The notes under the pieces: model-generated
Seen by the model: the letters and a program-made list of their open reading frames with translations, nothing else
Databases searched by the model: none
Told to the model about the DNA's origin: nothing
Part shown: one piece after another, positions 38,815 to 48,846 of the stretch
Position numbering within the stretch: position 1 is the stretch's first letter
How the letters are laid out: each line of letters begins with the position of its first letter
Program-made: the position numbers and the translations under genes
From: Cenarchaeum sp.
GTDB lineage: Archaea; Thermoproteota; Nitrososphaeria; Nitrososphaerales; Nitrosopumilaceae
Assembly: GCA_965242695.1 (NCBI GenBank)
Contig: CBDESU010000001.1
Span: 736,001-800,000 of the forward strand
Direction: 5' to 3'
DNA length: 64,000 bases

Positions 38815-40511
38815 TATGCGCCGCCCCCGCGCAGGTCGCGCGACATGTAGGGGCCGCGCCGCTCGTAGCCTATCTTGCGGTAGTACTCGCGCGTGCCGAC
38901 GGCGCTGATCACGAGGAGCCGTTCCGCGCCGAACTCGCCGTGCGCTACGCGCTCGGCCTCTGCCATGAGCCGCCTGCCGAGGCCCGAGTGCTGGATGGAT
39001 GCGGAGCGGCCCGCGGGGCCGCCGCCGTTTGATCCTCCCTCGCCTATCGCAAGCGACCTCCCGTACACGTGCAGCTCCCTTACGATGCAGCACTGCGCGC
39101 CGTCGAGCTCGGGCCGCGCCGCGCGGGCGCCGGGCCTGCGCACACGGACGAATCCGTATATGCGCCCCCGCCCGTCGACGTACGAGATGAACGCCTCCCT
39201 GCCGCCTGACGCCTCGTAGTCGGCCCTGTCTATATGCAGGGGGCCGGGATCGCCCCTGGCGCCCCCGCCCCCGTTCCCGCCGCCGGCCGGCGATGCCCAC
39301 TCCAGCCCCGCCTCCCTGCACCGTATGCACTCGCATCTGGTGCCGTCTGCGCGCATAATCTCGCGGACTGCCTGCCTGAGGTTGCCGGCGCGCGGCCCCG
39401 CCACGATGGCCGACGGGGGCAGCTCGCGCTGCACCCTCATAATGCGCACCCACCGCGGCACCCTGGCCTTTACGGACGCGAGCAGCCGCGCGGCCTCGGT
39501 GTCCGTGTACGGCTCGTACTCGCCTCGCGCGTACCGCTCGCGCAGCGGCGTCCCCTCTAGCACAAGCGTCGGGTATATCTTTAGCATGTCGGGGCGCAGC
39601 GCGGGATCGTCCCACAGCCTTGCAAAGTCCTCCTCGTCGCCTCGCATCGTCGCGCCGGGCAGCCCGGGCATCATATGCGCGCACACCTTGTATCCGGCGT
39701 CCCTTGCCGCCCTGAATGCCTCGACGACATCTGCGAGCGTGTGGCCCCTGTTCGACTCGCGGTACGCCTCTTCGCGCAGCGACTGCACCCCGATCTCTAC
39801 GCGCGTCGCGCCGAGGGCGAGCATCGCATCGACGTGCTCCTCGCCGCAGTAGTCTGGCTTTGTCTCTATGGCGAGGCCGACGCAGCGGCGCGCGGCCGTC
39901 TCGTTTGCCGCCATCGCCTCCTCGATCCCCTGCGAGGCATGCCCGTTGAGCGCATCGTAGCACGACCTTGCAAACCACTCGCGGTACGGCCCGGGCATGA
40001 ACAGGAACGTGCCGCCGACGATGACGACCTCTATCTTTGACGTGGCGTGGCCGGATGCGGCGAGCCGCTCGATGCCGGCGGCCGCCTGCGCGCGCGGGTC
40101 GTACCCGACCGAGATGGCGCCCATTGCGGGCGGCTCGTGGCCGGTGTAGCTGTTCGGCGTGTTGACGGCCTCGCCGCCGGGGCAGTACGTGCACCTGCCG
40201 TGCGGGCATGCGTACGGCATGGGCATTACCGTGACGACGGCGACGCCGGATGCCGTCTTTGCCGGCTTTTTTGCAAGGACGCGGCCGAGCGCGGCGCGCT
40301 CGCCCTCGGTCGGCGCGGCGGCGAGTATGTCGCGGTACGCGGGGATGCGCGGCAGGGCCATTGCGCCGCACACCCTCCTGATCTCGGCGAGCGCATCGCG
40401 CCGCAGCGGGTCGCCCATGGCCAGTATGGCGCGCGCGATCGCCCCGCACGCCTCGGCGTGCCTGTCCGCGCCGGCCCTCCCCGCCGGCCGCTGCTCGGTC
40501 TCTGCCAGCAT
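38814..40511 (-). CDS. elp3: Elp3 radical SAM/GNAT tRNA uridine(34) modification enzyme
   Basis: CPHGRCTYCPGG, IETKPD, VEIGVQS, LKIYPTLV, VRELHVYG and QHSGLGRRLM. Confidence 0.95.
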   Translation of the reverse strand: MLAETEQRPAGRAGADRHAEACGAIARAILAMGDPLRRDALAEIRRVCGAMALPRIPAYRDILAAAPTEGERAALGRVLAKKPAKTASGVAVVTVMPMPYACPHGRCTYCPGGEAVNTPNSYTGHEPPAMGAISVGYDPRAQAAAGIERLAASGHATSKIEVVIVGGTFLFMPGPYREWFARSCYDALNGHASQGIEEAMAANETAARRCVGLAIETKPDYCGEEHVDAMLALGATRVEIGVQSLREEAYRESNRGHTLADVVEAFRAARDAGYKVCAHMMPGLPGATMRGDEEDFARLWDDPALRPDMLKIYPTLVLEGTPLRERYARGEYEPYTDTEAARLLASVKARVPRWVRIMRVQRELPPSAIVAGPRAGNLRQAVREIMRADGTRCECIRCREAGLEWASPAGGGNGGGGARGDPGPLHIDRADYEASGGREAFISYVDGRGRIYGFVRVRRPGARAARPELDGAQCCIVRELHVYGRSLAIGEGGSNGGGPAGRSASIQHSGLGRRLMAEAERVAHGEFGAERLLVISAVGTREYYRKIGYERRGPYMSRDLRGGGA

Positions 40512-40590
40512 GCCGCACGGTGGAGACGCGCCGAATAAATCCCTAGCGGCGGATCGAAAGGCAAATATGCGCGCCGATCGGCGCCGGGGC

Positions 40591-41145
40591 ATGGCCGGGA
40601 GGTCTGGGCGGCGCGCGGCGGGGGCTGCCAAGCCGCGCGCGCCGGCGGCGAGGCGCAGGGGCGCGCGGGCGGCCTCTGCTCCAAAGGCAAGGGCGGCAAA
40701 GGCCGCCCCGCGCCGCCGCCCCGTCAGGCGCCCGATCAAGGTGCTCGTCGCAAAGCTCGGACTCGACGGCCACGACCGCGGCGCCCTCGTCCTGTGCAGG
40801 GCGTTCCGCGACGCGGGCATGGAGGTCGTCTACTCGGGGCTGTTTGCCACGCCGGACAGGGTGGCCCAGATGGCCGAGGACGAGGACGCCGATGCCGTCG
40901 CGCTGAGCCTCCTCAACGGGGCGCACGGCACGCTGTTCCCGCGCGTGGTCCAGGCGATCAGGAAGAAGGGAATCGACGACGTCCTCGTCGTCGGGGGCGG
41001 CGTCATACCCGACGCAGACCGCAAGGATCTGGTCGATGCCGGCATCAGCGGCGTGTTCGGGCCGGGCACCCCGCTGCCCGAGGTGATCGAGCACATATCC
41101 GGCGGCGTCAGGCGGCTGCGCAACGTGGCCGTGCCGGCGGCCTAG
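40591..41145 (+). CDS. Methylmalonyl-CoA mutase small subunit (B12-binding domain)
   Basis: VAKLGLDGHDRGA (DxHxxG), SLLNGAH, GGGVIP and FGPGT. Confidence 0.92.
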   Translation: MAGRSGRRAAGAAKPRAPAARRRGARAASAPKARAAKAAPRRRPVRRPIKVLVAKLGLDGHDRGALVLCRAFRDAGMEVVYSGLFATPDRVAQMAEDEDADAVALSLLNGAHGTLFPRVVQAIRKKGIDDVLVVGGGVIPDADRKDLVDAGISGVFGPGTPLPEVIEHISGGVRRLRNVAVPAA

Positions 41146-41284
41146 CTTCCTCCCTTTGCCTTCCGAGCCTGCCGCGCGTTCAGCCTAGGGTGCTGCCGAG
41201 CCGCGCGCCGATCTCGCACTGCTTCAGCGACTCGCCGACGGCCGGCACATGGATGTGCATGGGGGGAGGGCGCCGCAGGGCAGC

Positions 41285-42286
41285 CTACTCGGTAGAGTCC
41301 GGCCACATCATCTTGCGCATGCGCCTGCCGACCTGCTCGATCTCGTGAGAGTCGAGCTCGCGCATGGGCCTCTCGAACGCGTCGGCGCCGTCCTTCTCGT
41401 ACGCCTCCGTCCACTCCTTGTTGAACGTGCCGTCCTGGATCATGTCCAGCACCCTTCTCATCCTGGCCTTTGCGTCCGCGTCGATCACGACGGGGCCGCG
41501 CGTCAGGCCGCCGTACCGGGCCGTCTCGCTCACGCGCCGCCACATGCCGTTGATGCCGTACCGCTGTATCATGTCGACGATGAGCTTTAGCTCGTGGAGC
41601 ACCTCAAAGTAGGCGATCTCGGGCTGGTAGCCTGCCTCGACGAGCGTCTCGAACGCATTGACCACCATCGACGCAGAGCCGCCGCACAGGTCTGCCTGCT
41701 CACCAAACCAGTCCGTCTCTACCTCTTCCTTGAAGGTCGTCCGTATGAGGCCGGCCCTGGCGCTGCCGATCGCCTTGCCGAGCGCAAGGGCGCGGTCCCA
41801 CGCCCTTCCGGTGCTGTCCTGCTCTACTGCCACGATGGACGGGGTGCCGAACCCGTCTAGGTACGTCTCGCGCACCTTCGAGCCGGGCCCCTTTGGCGCG
41901 ACCATTATGACGTCGGCATCGGCCGGCGCCCTTATCCAGCCCCAGTGTATGGCGGCAGCATGCGAGAACGACAGCGCGTTGCCCTTTGAGAGGCCCGGCG
42001 CTATCTCGTCGGCGTACGTGCGCGCCTGGACCATGTCGGGTATGAGGACGTGGACGATGTCGGCCTCCCTGCACGCGTCCGGCACGGGCATGACCGTATG
42101 GCCGTCGGCCTCTGCCTTCTTTGCGGACGCGCCGCCTGGCCTGAGCCCGACCACCACGTCCAGCCCAGAGTCCTTCATATTGTTGGCCTGCGCGTGGCCC
42201 TGTATGCCGTACCCGATCACGGCTACGGTCTGCCCCTTTATCGGATCCAGGCTGATGTCCGCATCCTTCCAAGTCTGCGCCGGCAC
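41285..42286 (-). CDS. ilvC: Ketol-acid reductoisomerase
   Basis: IGYGIQGHAQA, MVAPKGPG, EEVETDWFGEQADLCGG and SETARYG. Confidence 0.95.
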   Translation of the reverse strand: MPAQTWKDADISLDPIKGQTVAVIGYGIQGHAQANNMKDSGLDVVVGLRPGGASAKKAEADGHTVMPVPDACREADIVHVLIPDMVQARTYADEIAPGLSKGNALSFSHAAAIHWGWIRAPADADVIMVAPKGPGSKVRETYLDGFGTPSIVAVEQDSTGRAWDRALALGKAIGSARAGLIRTTFKEEVETDWFGEQADLCGGSASMVVNAFETLVEAGYQPEIAYFEVLHELKLIVDMIQRYGINGMWRRVSETARYGGLTRGPVVIDADAKARMRRVLDMIQDGTFNKEWTEAYEKDGADAFERPMRELDSHEIEQVGRRMRKMMWPDSTE

Positions 42287-42357
42287 GGGCGGGCCCGTCC
42301 GCCCTGCAAATATTAACCAACTAGCGCGGGGCGCATCGGCCTGCCTCGCGCGTGGGC

Positions 42358-43605
42358 CTAGGGTGCCTCCCAGCCAAGCGCGCCCTGCTCTGGCCTGTAC
42401 CTGTTGACGATCTCGTCCATCTCCTTTGCGTAAAAGACCCTGCCGCTGTACCTGGCCTCGACCTGCCGAAGCGCCCCTACATCGACGAGCATGGCGATAG
42501 CCTTTTTGCCGGCCGGATACGTCCTGCCGATGTCTTTGCAGGCGCGCGGCACGGTCGTGTAGGGGTTGGCGAGCAGGGAGCAGAGCAGCAGCCTGGCGTT
42601 GTCCGCGGCCCCCTTTTCGGAGAGCATGCCGTCGTACCTGCCCCTGAGCCTGTCGAGGTCCCTTATGGCTGCTGCAGACCCGGCCGCCTGGCTGATGATG
42701 GCATCGAGAAAGAACAGCACCCACTCGGACCACTCCCGCCTCTGGCTTACGCCGCGAAGGCGCGCATAGTACTCTTCCCTATACTCCTCAAAGTACGCGC
42801 TCAGGCAGAGCAGCGGGTCGGGGAGGACGCCCCTGGCGCGGAGCACGGCCGGCACTAGGAGGCGCCCGACCCTGCCGTTTCCGTCCGGAAACGGGTGCAC
42901 CGCCTCGAACTGGTAGTGCGCCATGGCGCACTGCACGAGGACGGGCACCCTGCTGCCGGGAGTCTTCTGCAGGAATTCCATCATATCCTCGAGCAGGCGC
43001 GGGATCGATCCGTGCGGAGGAGGGATGTACCTCACCTGGCGACTCCTGCCCGAGTAGCGCACTATGTAGTTCTGCGCGACCCGGAGATGCCCGGGCCTCA
43101 TATTGGCGTCCCTAGAGCCTTCCATGAGCGTCCTGTGGGCCTGCAGGATGAGGCCAACATCCAGACTGCCGACTCCCTGGGCCGCACTATCCAGGGCCCC
43201 GTTCATGGCACTGGCGCAGTTGGCGGCCTCCTGCAGCCCCTCCCTGCCCGATGCGGGGCAGTACGTGCCGCCGATCGCATCGCGCTTGTTGAGATCCTCC
43301 AGGGATGCGTAGATCCCCTCGATCCGCGAGCTGAGGACCGCCTCGCGGTTGACGTATGCCCGGACCAGCATTTCCGGGTTCGGCACAAGCGTTCTTGCCG
43401 CGTTCAACTCGTACACGCTTCGCTCTGCCCTGATCAGCCTGCGGGACACTTTCGTGTCAAGATCCATCGGCGGCGGGAGACGTTCCGGCACAAACGTAAG
43501 CTCTCCCCGCTCGTTCTTTGCAAAGGTGCCGTTGGGGTTTGCATAGTCGGCAAACCAGGGCCTCGCCTTGGCGCTTTCCCCATCTTCGTCTACGGATCTG
43601 GCCAT
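42358..43605 (-). CDS. Fic-family protein (Fic_N + Fic + C-terminal wHTH)
   Basis: EAVLSSRIEG inhibitory-helix motif and HYQFEAVHPFPDGNGRVGR. Confidence 0.92.
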   Translation of the reverse strand: MARSVDEDGESAKARPWFADYANPNGTFAKNERGELTFVPERLPPPMDLDTKVSRRLIRAERSVYELNAARTLVPNPEMLVRAYVNREAVLSSRIEGIYASLEDLNKRDAIGGTYCPASGREGLQEAANCASAMNGALDSAAQGVGSLDVGLILQAHRTLMEGSRDANMRPGHLRVAQNYIVRYSGRSRQVRYIPPPHGSIPRLLEDMMEFLQKTPGSRVPVLVQCAMAHYQFEAVHPFPDGNGRVGRLLVPAVLRARGVLPDPLLCLSAYFEEYREEYYARLRGVSQRREWSEWVLFFLDAIISQAAGSAAAIRDLDRLRGRYDGMLSEKGAADNARLLLCSLLANPYTTVPRACKDIGRTYPAGKKAIAMLVDVGALRQVEARYSGRVFYAKEMDEIVNRYRPEQGALGWEAP

Positions 43606-43734
43606 CGCTTCCGCCTCCCGTCCACGCGCAAGCCTCCCTCTTAAACGGAACGACAAGCCGCCCACGGTGTCCGCCGCGGTAACCCGGGGCGTCGGCGCGG
43701 GACGATCTGGCTCGCGCTGCCCTTGCTCCCTTCC

Positions 43735-44554
43735 GCCCCGCGACATTGATCAAAGATCAACTACGCCGCCCGACATTGATCGTTTTCGCCATTTTGATCA
43801 ACAAGAGCGGCCGCCGGCCGCCCTCCGGCCCGTCCCCCCGGCCGCCCCCTCCCAACGCCCCTGCCTAGGCCCCCTAGCGGCGGCGAGGGCGCGGGAACGG
43901 GGCAGGCGCGGCCGCCCGCTCCTGCCGCCGCCGCCCTCTTGGGCCGCCCGCTCCTGCCCCCCCTCCTCTTCCCCCGAATCGGCCCCCTCCGCCCCGCGAC
44001 ATTGATCAAAGATCAACTACGCCGCCCGACATTGATCGTTTTCGCCATTTTGATCAACAAGAGTGGCCGCCGGCCGCCCTCCGGCCCGTCCCCCCGGCCG
44101 CCCCCTCCCAACGCCCCCGCCTGCCCCCTAGCGGCGGCGAGGGCGCGGGAACGGGGCAGGCGCGGCCGCCCGCTCCTGCCGCCGCCCCCCTCTTGGGCCC
44201 CCCGCTCCTGCCCCCCCGCCCCCGAATCGGCCCCTCATCCGCCCCGTGACATTGATCAAAGATCAACTACGCCGCCCGACATTGATCGTTTTCGCCATTT
44301 TGATCAACAAGAGCGGCCGCCGGCCGCCCTCCGGCCCGTCCCCCCGGCCGCCCCCTCCCAACGCCCCCGCCTGCCCCCTAGCGGCGGCGAGGGCGCGGGA
44401 ACGGGGCAGGCGCGGCCGCCCGCTCCTGCCGCCGCCCCTCTCTTGGGCCCCCCGCTCCTGCCCTCCCCAGAACCAGCCCCTCATCCGCCCCGCGACATTG
44501 ATCAAAGATCAACCACGAACCGTGACATTGATCAGATCTGGCAAATCGATCAAC
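43735..44554. repeat. Non-coding tandem array: 3 full ~250-bp units plus a fourth 62-bp core
   Basis: AT-rich cores start at 43741, 43997, 44247 and 44493 (periods 256/250/246), separated by near-identical GC-rich linkers. Confidence 0.92.
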
Positions 44555-44701
44555 TAGAACAGGCGCCGCCCGCCCGCCCGCCCGCCCGCGATGCCGTCGG
44601 GCGGCGGCGCATGCCGGGTCCGGACAGCCGCCCCCCACCCCACCCCGCATGCGGTCGATTGACCGCCCGATGGCTGAAGCACTGGACATTTATGCGGGCG
44701 G

Positions 44702-45352
44702 ATGCCGGCGGCCGGCATGGGCGAGGAGGGCCGATCGGCACTGGAGCGATACCCCGGCGGTCCATGCGCGGAGGGGCCGCTGCGCCGCGTGGCCGCTAGG
44801 CTTGCGGCCGGGCCGAGGCGGCTGTTCGGCGACTTTGCCGTATTGGACGTCGCGCTGTACCTGGGGCTTGCCGGAGCGCCGTTGCTCCTGCACCTTTTGG
44901 CGGGTGGCCTGTACACGCTGGAGACCTCTGCCATGATGTCCGCCGCAAACGGCTCCATTGTCACGCTGCTGCTGCTCTCATTCCGCGGGCGGCGCCGTCG
45001 GCTCAGGATGCGCAGGGAGTGCGGGCTGCGCTGCGAGCACCTGCTCGACCGCATCAAGGACCTGCTCGACACCATCCCTTGCCGTACCGAGGCCAAGACG
45101 CTCGCCACCCTCCACGAGATCCGCAACTGCTACATGGAGTCGATCGAGCTGATCAACAGGATGGGGGAAGGCGGCAGCTTGCTCGCCGCCAAGATGCGCA
45201 TGGCGCGCGATCAGATCGACGAGATGTACGACATCCAGACGGGATCGCTGCGCCGCACAGAGGCCAATGCGGCAGACTTTGCCGCCGCCATGCGCAGCCT
45301 CGGAAGGGACGCGGACGGGGCGGTGCGCGGAGGGCCTCGGCCGGCGAAATGA
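44702..45352 (+). CDS. Hypothetical membrane protein with a C-terminal helical domain
   Basis: Two hydrophobic segments followed by RGRRRR and an amphipathic helical region. Confidence 0.6.
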   Translation: MPAAGMGEEGRSALERYPGGPCAEGPLRRVAARLAAGPRRLFGDFAVLDVALYLGLAGAPLLLHLLAGGLYTLETSAMMSAANGSIVTLLLLSFRGRRRRLRMRRECGLRCEHLLDRIKDLLDTIPCRTEAKTLATLHEIRNCYMESIELINRMGEGGSLLAAKMRMARDQIDEMYDIQTGSLRRTEANAADFAAAMRSLGRDADGAVRGGPRPAK

Positions 45353-45518
45353 GGCCGTGTCGACGCGGCCGCAAGGGCAATCGGCGGCGAAGCCGCCAGC
45401 GCCGTCCGGATGCACGGCGCCGCCAAGTGCCGTCCCTGCGGGCACCGGGCCTGCCGTTCGATCCCGCATGCCCGGGCGGTCTCGTATAGGGTATACCATA
45501 TTCATCCCAATTGGAGAG

Positions 45519-46697
45519 CTAGTGCCTATCACGCATGCGCTGCCCGCCCGCGTGCACCCTTGCGCGAAGTGCGTCAAAGTGGCGGGCATCCATGTCAAGG
45601 CAGTCTATCGCGTTTCTGGCGTTGATCAGGCCCCTGTCGTACGACGACAGGACGAGCCCCACGAACTTGCGCCCCATCTACGCCACGCGCACGTCGATGA
45701 ACGACGGGCCTCCCCTTGCGGACCTTTTGGCAGCCGGCTTGTAGGCGTTGGCCGCCAGCCGAAGCAGGCCCGTGTACTCGCCCCTGTGGCGGCTGCCTGG
45801 AAGGCCTGCGGCCCTTACGGCCGCCGCATACCTGCTGGTCTTGAACCTCTTGGCAAGCTCGTCGACGACCTTGCCCGGATCGCGCAGGCTTTTCTCGCAC
45901 CTGCGGCGCTCTGCCGCAAACTCGCCCCTTGGCATCAGAAGCGAGGCGGCAAACCGGCTGCACCACGACTCGGTCCTTTGGGCCGCAGGCCCCGGGGCCG
46001 AGGCGTCCGGCAGCTCGCTGCAGATGCCACCGCTTCGAAGCAGCACATGGGCGTACTCGTGGAGGATCGTAAACGCCCTGGCCGCCTCCGGATCCCTCGA
46101 GTTGACCAGTATGGCGTACGGCGTCTTGCCGGTCAGGGCCAGGCCCCGCACCCCGCGGATGTCCATCGGGTGCTGGAACACCAGTATGTTGAGCGACTCG
46201 ATCGCATCCCTGAGGCCGCGGTAGAGGCCGCGCGGGCCCCCGTTCCCCGCATGTCCCCCCGCGGCCAGCCTGCCGCGCTCTGCGTCGGCGACGTCTTCGG
46301 CCGAGTCGCCCGTGGTGACGCCGCCCCTGACGAGGGGCCGTGTCGGGGCCCCGCCGTCGTCCATCATCTCCCTCGCCATGGACTGCGCATAGCGGGCGCT
46401 GCGGATCGTGATCCTGTCCTCGGGGGTCAGGCGCGGCCCCGCGCCGTGCGCCAGCCTGTAGTCGGCGAGATCCTCGTCGTCCGGCGGCGACTTGAGGAGG
46501 AGTATGGCCTCGGGCCGCTTTACGCAGCCTGCCAGGCGGCCCATCTTGGAGTAGTCCATCACGCCGGTGCGCACCCACTCGTCGACAAGCCGCCTGTCGA
46601 CGCCCGTCTTCTGCGCCACGGCATCGTGGCCCATGCCGCTGCTGTCGATGACCCACTTTACGACGCTCGGCTCTAGGCGCACCGTGAAGCTTTTCAT
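45519..46697 (-). pseudogene. XRE-HTH + ImmA/IrrE metallopeptidase with an in-frame TAG 53 codons before the likely natural end
   Basis: HTH (HDAVAQKTGVDRRLVDEW), RAFTILHEYAH (HExxH) and ESWCSRFAASLLMP. After the TAG at 45678 the frame continues as MGRKFVGLVLSSYDRGLINARNAIDCLDM, typical of the family C-terminus. Confidence 0.75.
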
Positions 46698-46846
46698 GCC
46701 TGCCCATCCAAAGGGTGCGTAATAAGTCCCAACTAGGGATGTGGGCGTCTGCTGCACAAAAGGCAGCGACCCTTTTGCCCGCGCCTGCGCCTAGGGGATC
46801 GCCGGGAGGGCCACTCTTTTTGTACACGACGCGAGCGGCGCCTCCT

Positions 46847-46862
46847 CGAACGGCATAAAGGC
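46847..46862 (+). promoter_or_regulatory. Family-specific BRE/TATA-like motif CGAACGGCATAAAGGC
   Basis: 37 bp before start 46884. Confidence 0.7.
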
Positions 46863-46883
46863 GGCGGCGCGGCGCCGCCGTGC

Positions 46884-47726
46884 GTGGCGGACGGAGCAGG
46901 GCCCCGCGCGGCGACCCCGGCAGGGACGAAGGCCGCCGCCGGCGCCGAACGGGCCGTATGGAGGGCCGCGGGGGATGCGCGGGCGTGGGTCGCGGCGATG
47001 CACCGCTACGCGGCCTGGGCTGCGCTCGAGCGGGGGTGCAAGTACATGTCGGCGGCGGCTGCCAATGCGACGGACTCTGCAGAGGCGCTCGGGGGCGCGG
47101 CCGGAAGGGACGGCAGCATAGACGTGGACTCCCTTGTGTCGGGCGCCTCCGACATCACCAAGGGCGCGCTCTCGGCGGGGGCGGCAAAGCCCGCGTTCAC
47201 CGAGGCCGCCGATCGCTCGCGGCTGGAGGCGTCCGAGCGCGGCATGGCCGCCGATGCGTACGGCATGGCGGGGGCATCAAGGGCGGCGCGGGCGCAGCGC
47301 GGGCGGGCCAAGAGGGCTCGAAAGAGGGCGGATACAGCGGACGGATGGTCGTCGGGCGCGGCAGGCAAGACAGATCTGCTCTCCGGGCTGCTGGACGCAT
47401 GCATCGAGGGCATGGCCAAGTCGTCCATGAACGGCTGGAAGGGCGGCGGGGCCGAGTGGATGGCCATGCGCGCCCGCCTGCAGGACGGCATCGCGCGCGA
47501 TCTGGCAGGGTGGACCGGACTTGTCGGGCAGGCCGCCGAGTCGAAGGCAAGGGCGGAAGGCGGCCTGGATCGGGCCTCGGACGCGGTAAAAAGGACCGGA
47601 ACTGCGGCGGGACTGCAGTGGGAGGGGGGAGGAAAGGGCGGCGGCGGGGGGCCGCCGGGCGCGCGGGATGCCGTGGATGCGTGGCTTGCCGCCATGGGGT
47701 CGGCCGAGCTGGCGTCGCGGGGCTGA
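46884..47726 (+). CDS. Ala/Trp-rich helical paralogue family, member 1
   Basis: WRAAGDARAW...DGSID...AYGMAG...AVDAWLAAM. Confidence 0.75.
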   Translation: MADGAGPRAATPAGTKAAAGAERAVWRAAGDARAWVAAMHRYAAWAALERGCKYMSAAAANATDSAEALGGAAGRDGSIDVDSLVSGASDITKGALSAGAAKPAFTEAADRSRLEASERGMAADAYGMAGASRAARAQRGRAKRARKRADTADGWSSGAAGKTDLLSGLLDACIEGMAKSSMNGWKGGGAEWMAMRARLQDGIARDLAGWTGLVGQAAESKARAEGGLDRASDAVKRTGTAAGLQWEGGGKGGGGGPPGARDAVDAWLAAMGSAELASRG

Positions 47727-47783
47727 TGCGCCGCCGGACCGGATTGCGCAACAGCCGAACCGCGCCGCCCGCCCGTGTCGGGA

Positions 47784-47799
47784 CGAACTGCATAAAGGC
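47784..47799 (+). promoter_or_regulatory. Family motif CGAACTGCATAAAGGC
   Basis: 37 bp before ATG 47821. Confidence 0.7.
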
Positions 47800-47820
47800 G
47801 GGCCGGCGGCGCCCCGCGGC

Positions 47821-48822
47821 ATGGGCGATGCGGGGCCGGCCGGCGGCGCAGATTCCGACTCCGATACGGAGAACACATCGGGGGCCGTCGTGGCAGATGA
47901 TGCGGGGCCAGCCGGCGGCGCAGATTCCGGCGCCGGCTCCGATGCGCAGCCGCCGCCGCTGGTCGGCGTGATGTGGGCGGCGGCCGGCGACGCAATGACG
48001 TGGAAGGCCGCAATCCACGAACACGCGGCGCTGGCAAGGCGCGGGGCGGCGTGGGAGGCCGAGGCCCGGTCGGACGCCCTGATGGAGCAGGCGGCCGAGG
48101 AGTTGGGCCGGGCCGTCGATGCGCACGGCCGGATGGACAAGGATGCAATTATACGGGTGGTCTCGGCGATGAGGCGGGCCGTAGGGCAGCGGGTGCGCTC
48201 ATCCAGGGCGTTCATGCGGTCGTCCAATCTGTACGAGGCAGCCTGGGCAGAGCAGAAGACGGCATCCGAGGCGTTCATGCGGTCGACCGACCCGGAGCAT
48301 GCCGCGGCCGTGCGCAATGTGGCGGCAGGGACGTACGGGGATGTGGCAAGGGAGGCTAGGAATGCGATCCGCGTGCTCTACGGGGCGGACGGCATTTTGG
48401 AGAATGCCATCAGGCTGGCGGACGGCGCGATCATGCAGCTGGAGGAGGGAGGCAGGGCGCCGGGCGGCGGCGACGCGCCGGCCTCCATACTGGCCTACAT
48501 GCAGGAGTATGCGGGGCGGGAGCAGGCGTCGGCGGCGGCAAGAGGGCTCCTGGATGAGGCGGGGAAGACGATGGCGAGGCTGCGAAGGCTGGCAGCCGCT
48601 GCGTCCAAGGCGTCGTCGTCGGAGGCGGAAGCCGCTGCGGCGGCGGCCGCTGGAGGGGAGGATGGACGACGGGGCGGGCCTAGCGTGCAGGAGGCCGAGG
48701 AGGCGTGGCGGCGGGCCGCGGCGGCAGCTGCCGCCGCCGATGCCGCCGCCGATGCCGCCGCCGATGCCGGGCATCGCGACGGCCGGGGGGCGCGGGGCCG
48801 CAGCCCGGATCGAACGGCATAA
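47821..48822 (+). CDS. Ala/Trp-rich helical paralogue family, member 2
   Basis: WAAAGDAMTW...DAHGRMD...AFMRSS...VQEAEEAWRRA; its stop codon lies inside the next motif. Confidence 0.75.
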   Translation: MGDAGPAGGADSDSDTENTSGAVVADDAGPAGGADSGAGSDAQPPPLVGVMWAAAGDAMTWKAAIHEHAALARRGAAWEAEARSDALMEQAAEELGRAVDAHGRMDKDAIIRVVSAMRRAVGQRVRSSRAFMRSSNLYEAAWAEQKTASEAFMRSTDPEHAAAVRNVAAGTYGDVAREARNAIRVLYGADGILENAIRLADGAIMQLEEGGRAPGGGDAPASILAYMQEYAGREQASAAARGLLDEAGKTMARLRRLAAAASKASSSEAEAAAAAAAGGEDGRRGGPSVQEAEEAWRRAAAAAAAADAAADAAADAGHRDGRGARGRSPDRTA

Positions 48823-48826
48823 AGGC
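48811..48826 (+). promoter_or_regulatory. Family motif CGAACGGCATAAAGGC
   Basis: 36 bp before GTG 48847. Confidence 0.7.
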
Positions 48827-48846
48827 CGCACTCGGCGCCGCGGCGC

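Noticed and set aside
37057-40518. 1153-aa LysRS fusion in the ORF track
   Set aside because: The upstream part is an alternative frame of elp3; lysS most likely starts at GTG 38814.
43735-44554. CRISPR array
   Set aside because: The period is ~250 bp, the intervening sequences are near-identical rather than unique spacers, and no cas genes are in the window.
5352-45680. Amber (TAG) recoding suggested by in-frame TAGs in the Doc copy and ImmA/IrrE
   Set aside because: Many intact conserved genes here (mqnC, ubiD, aquaporin, elp3, ilvC, the PIN genes) end in TAG, and no pyl genes are visible. Simple nonsense mutations explain both cases.
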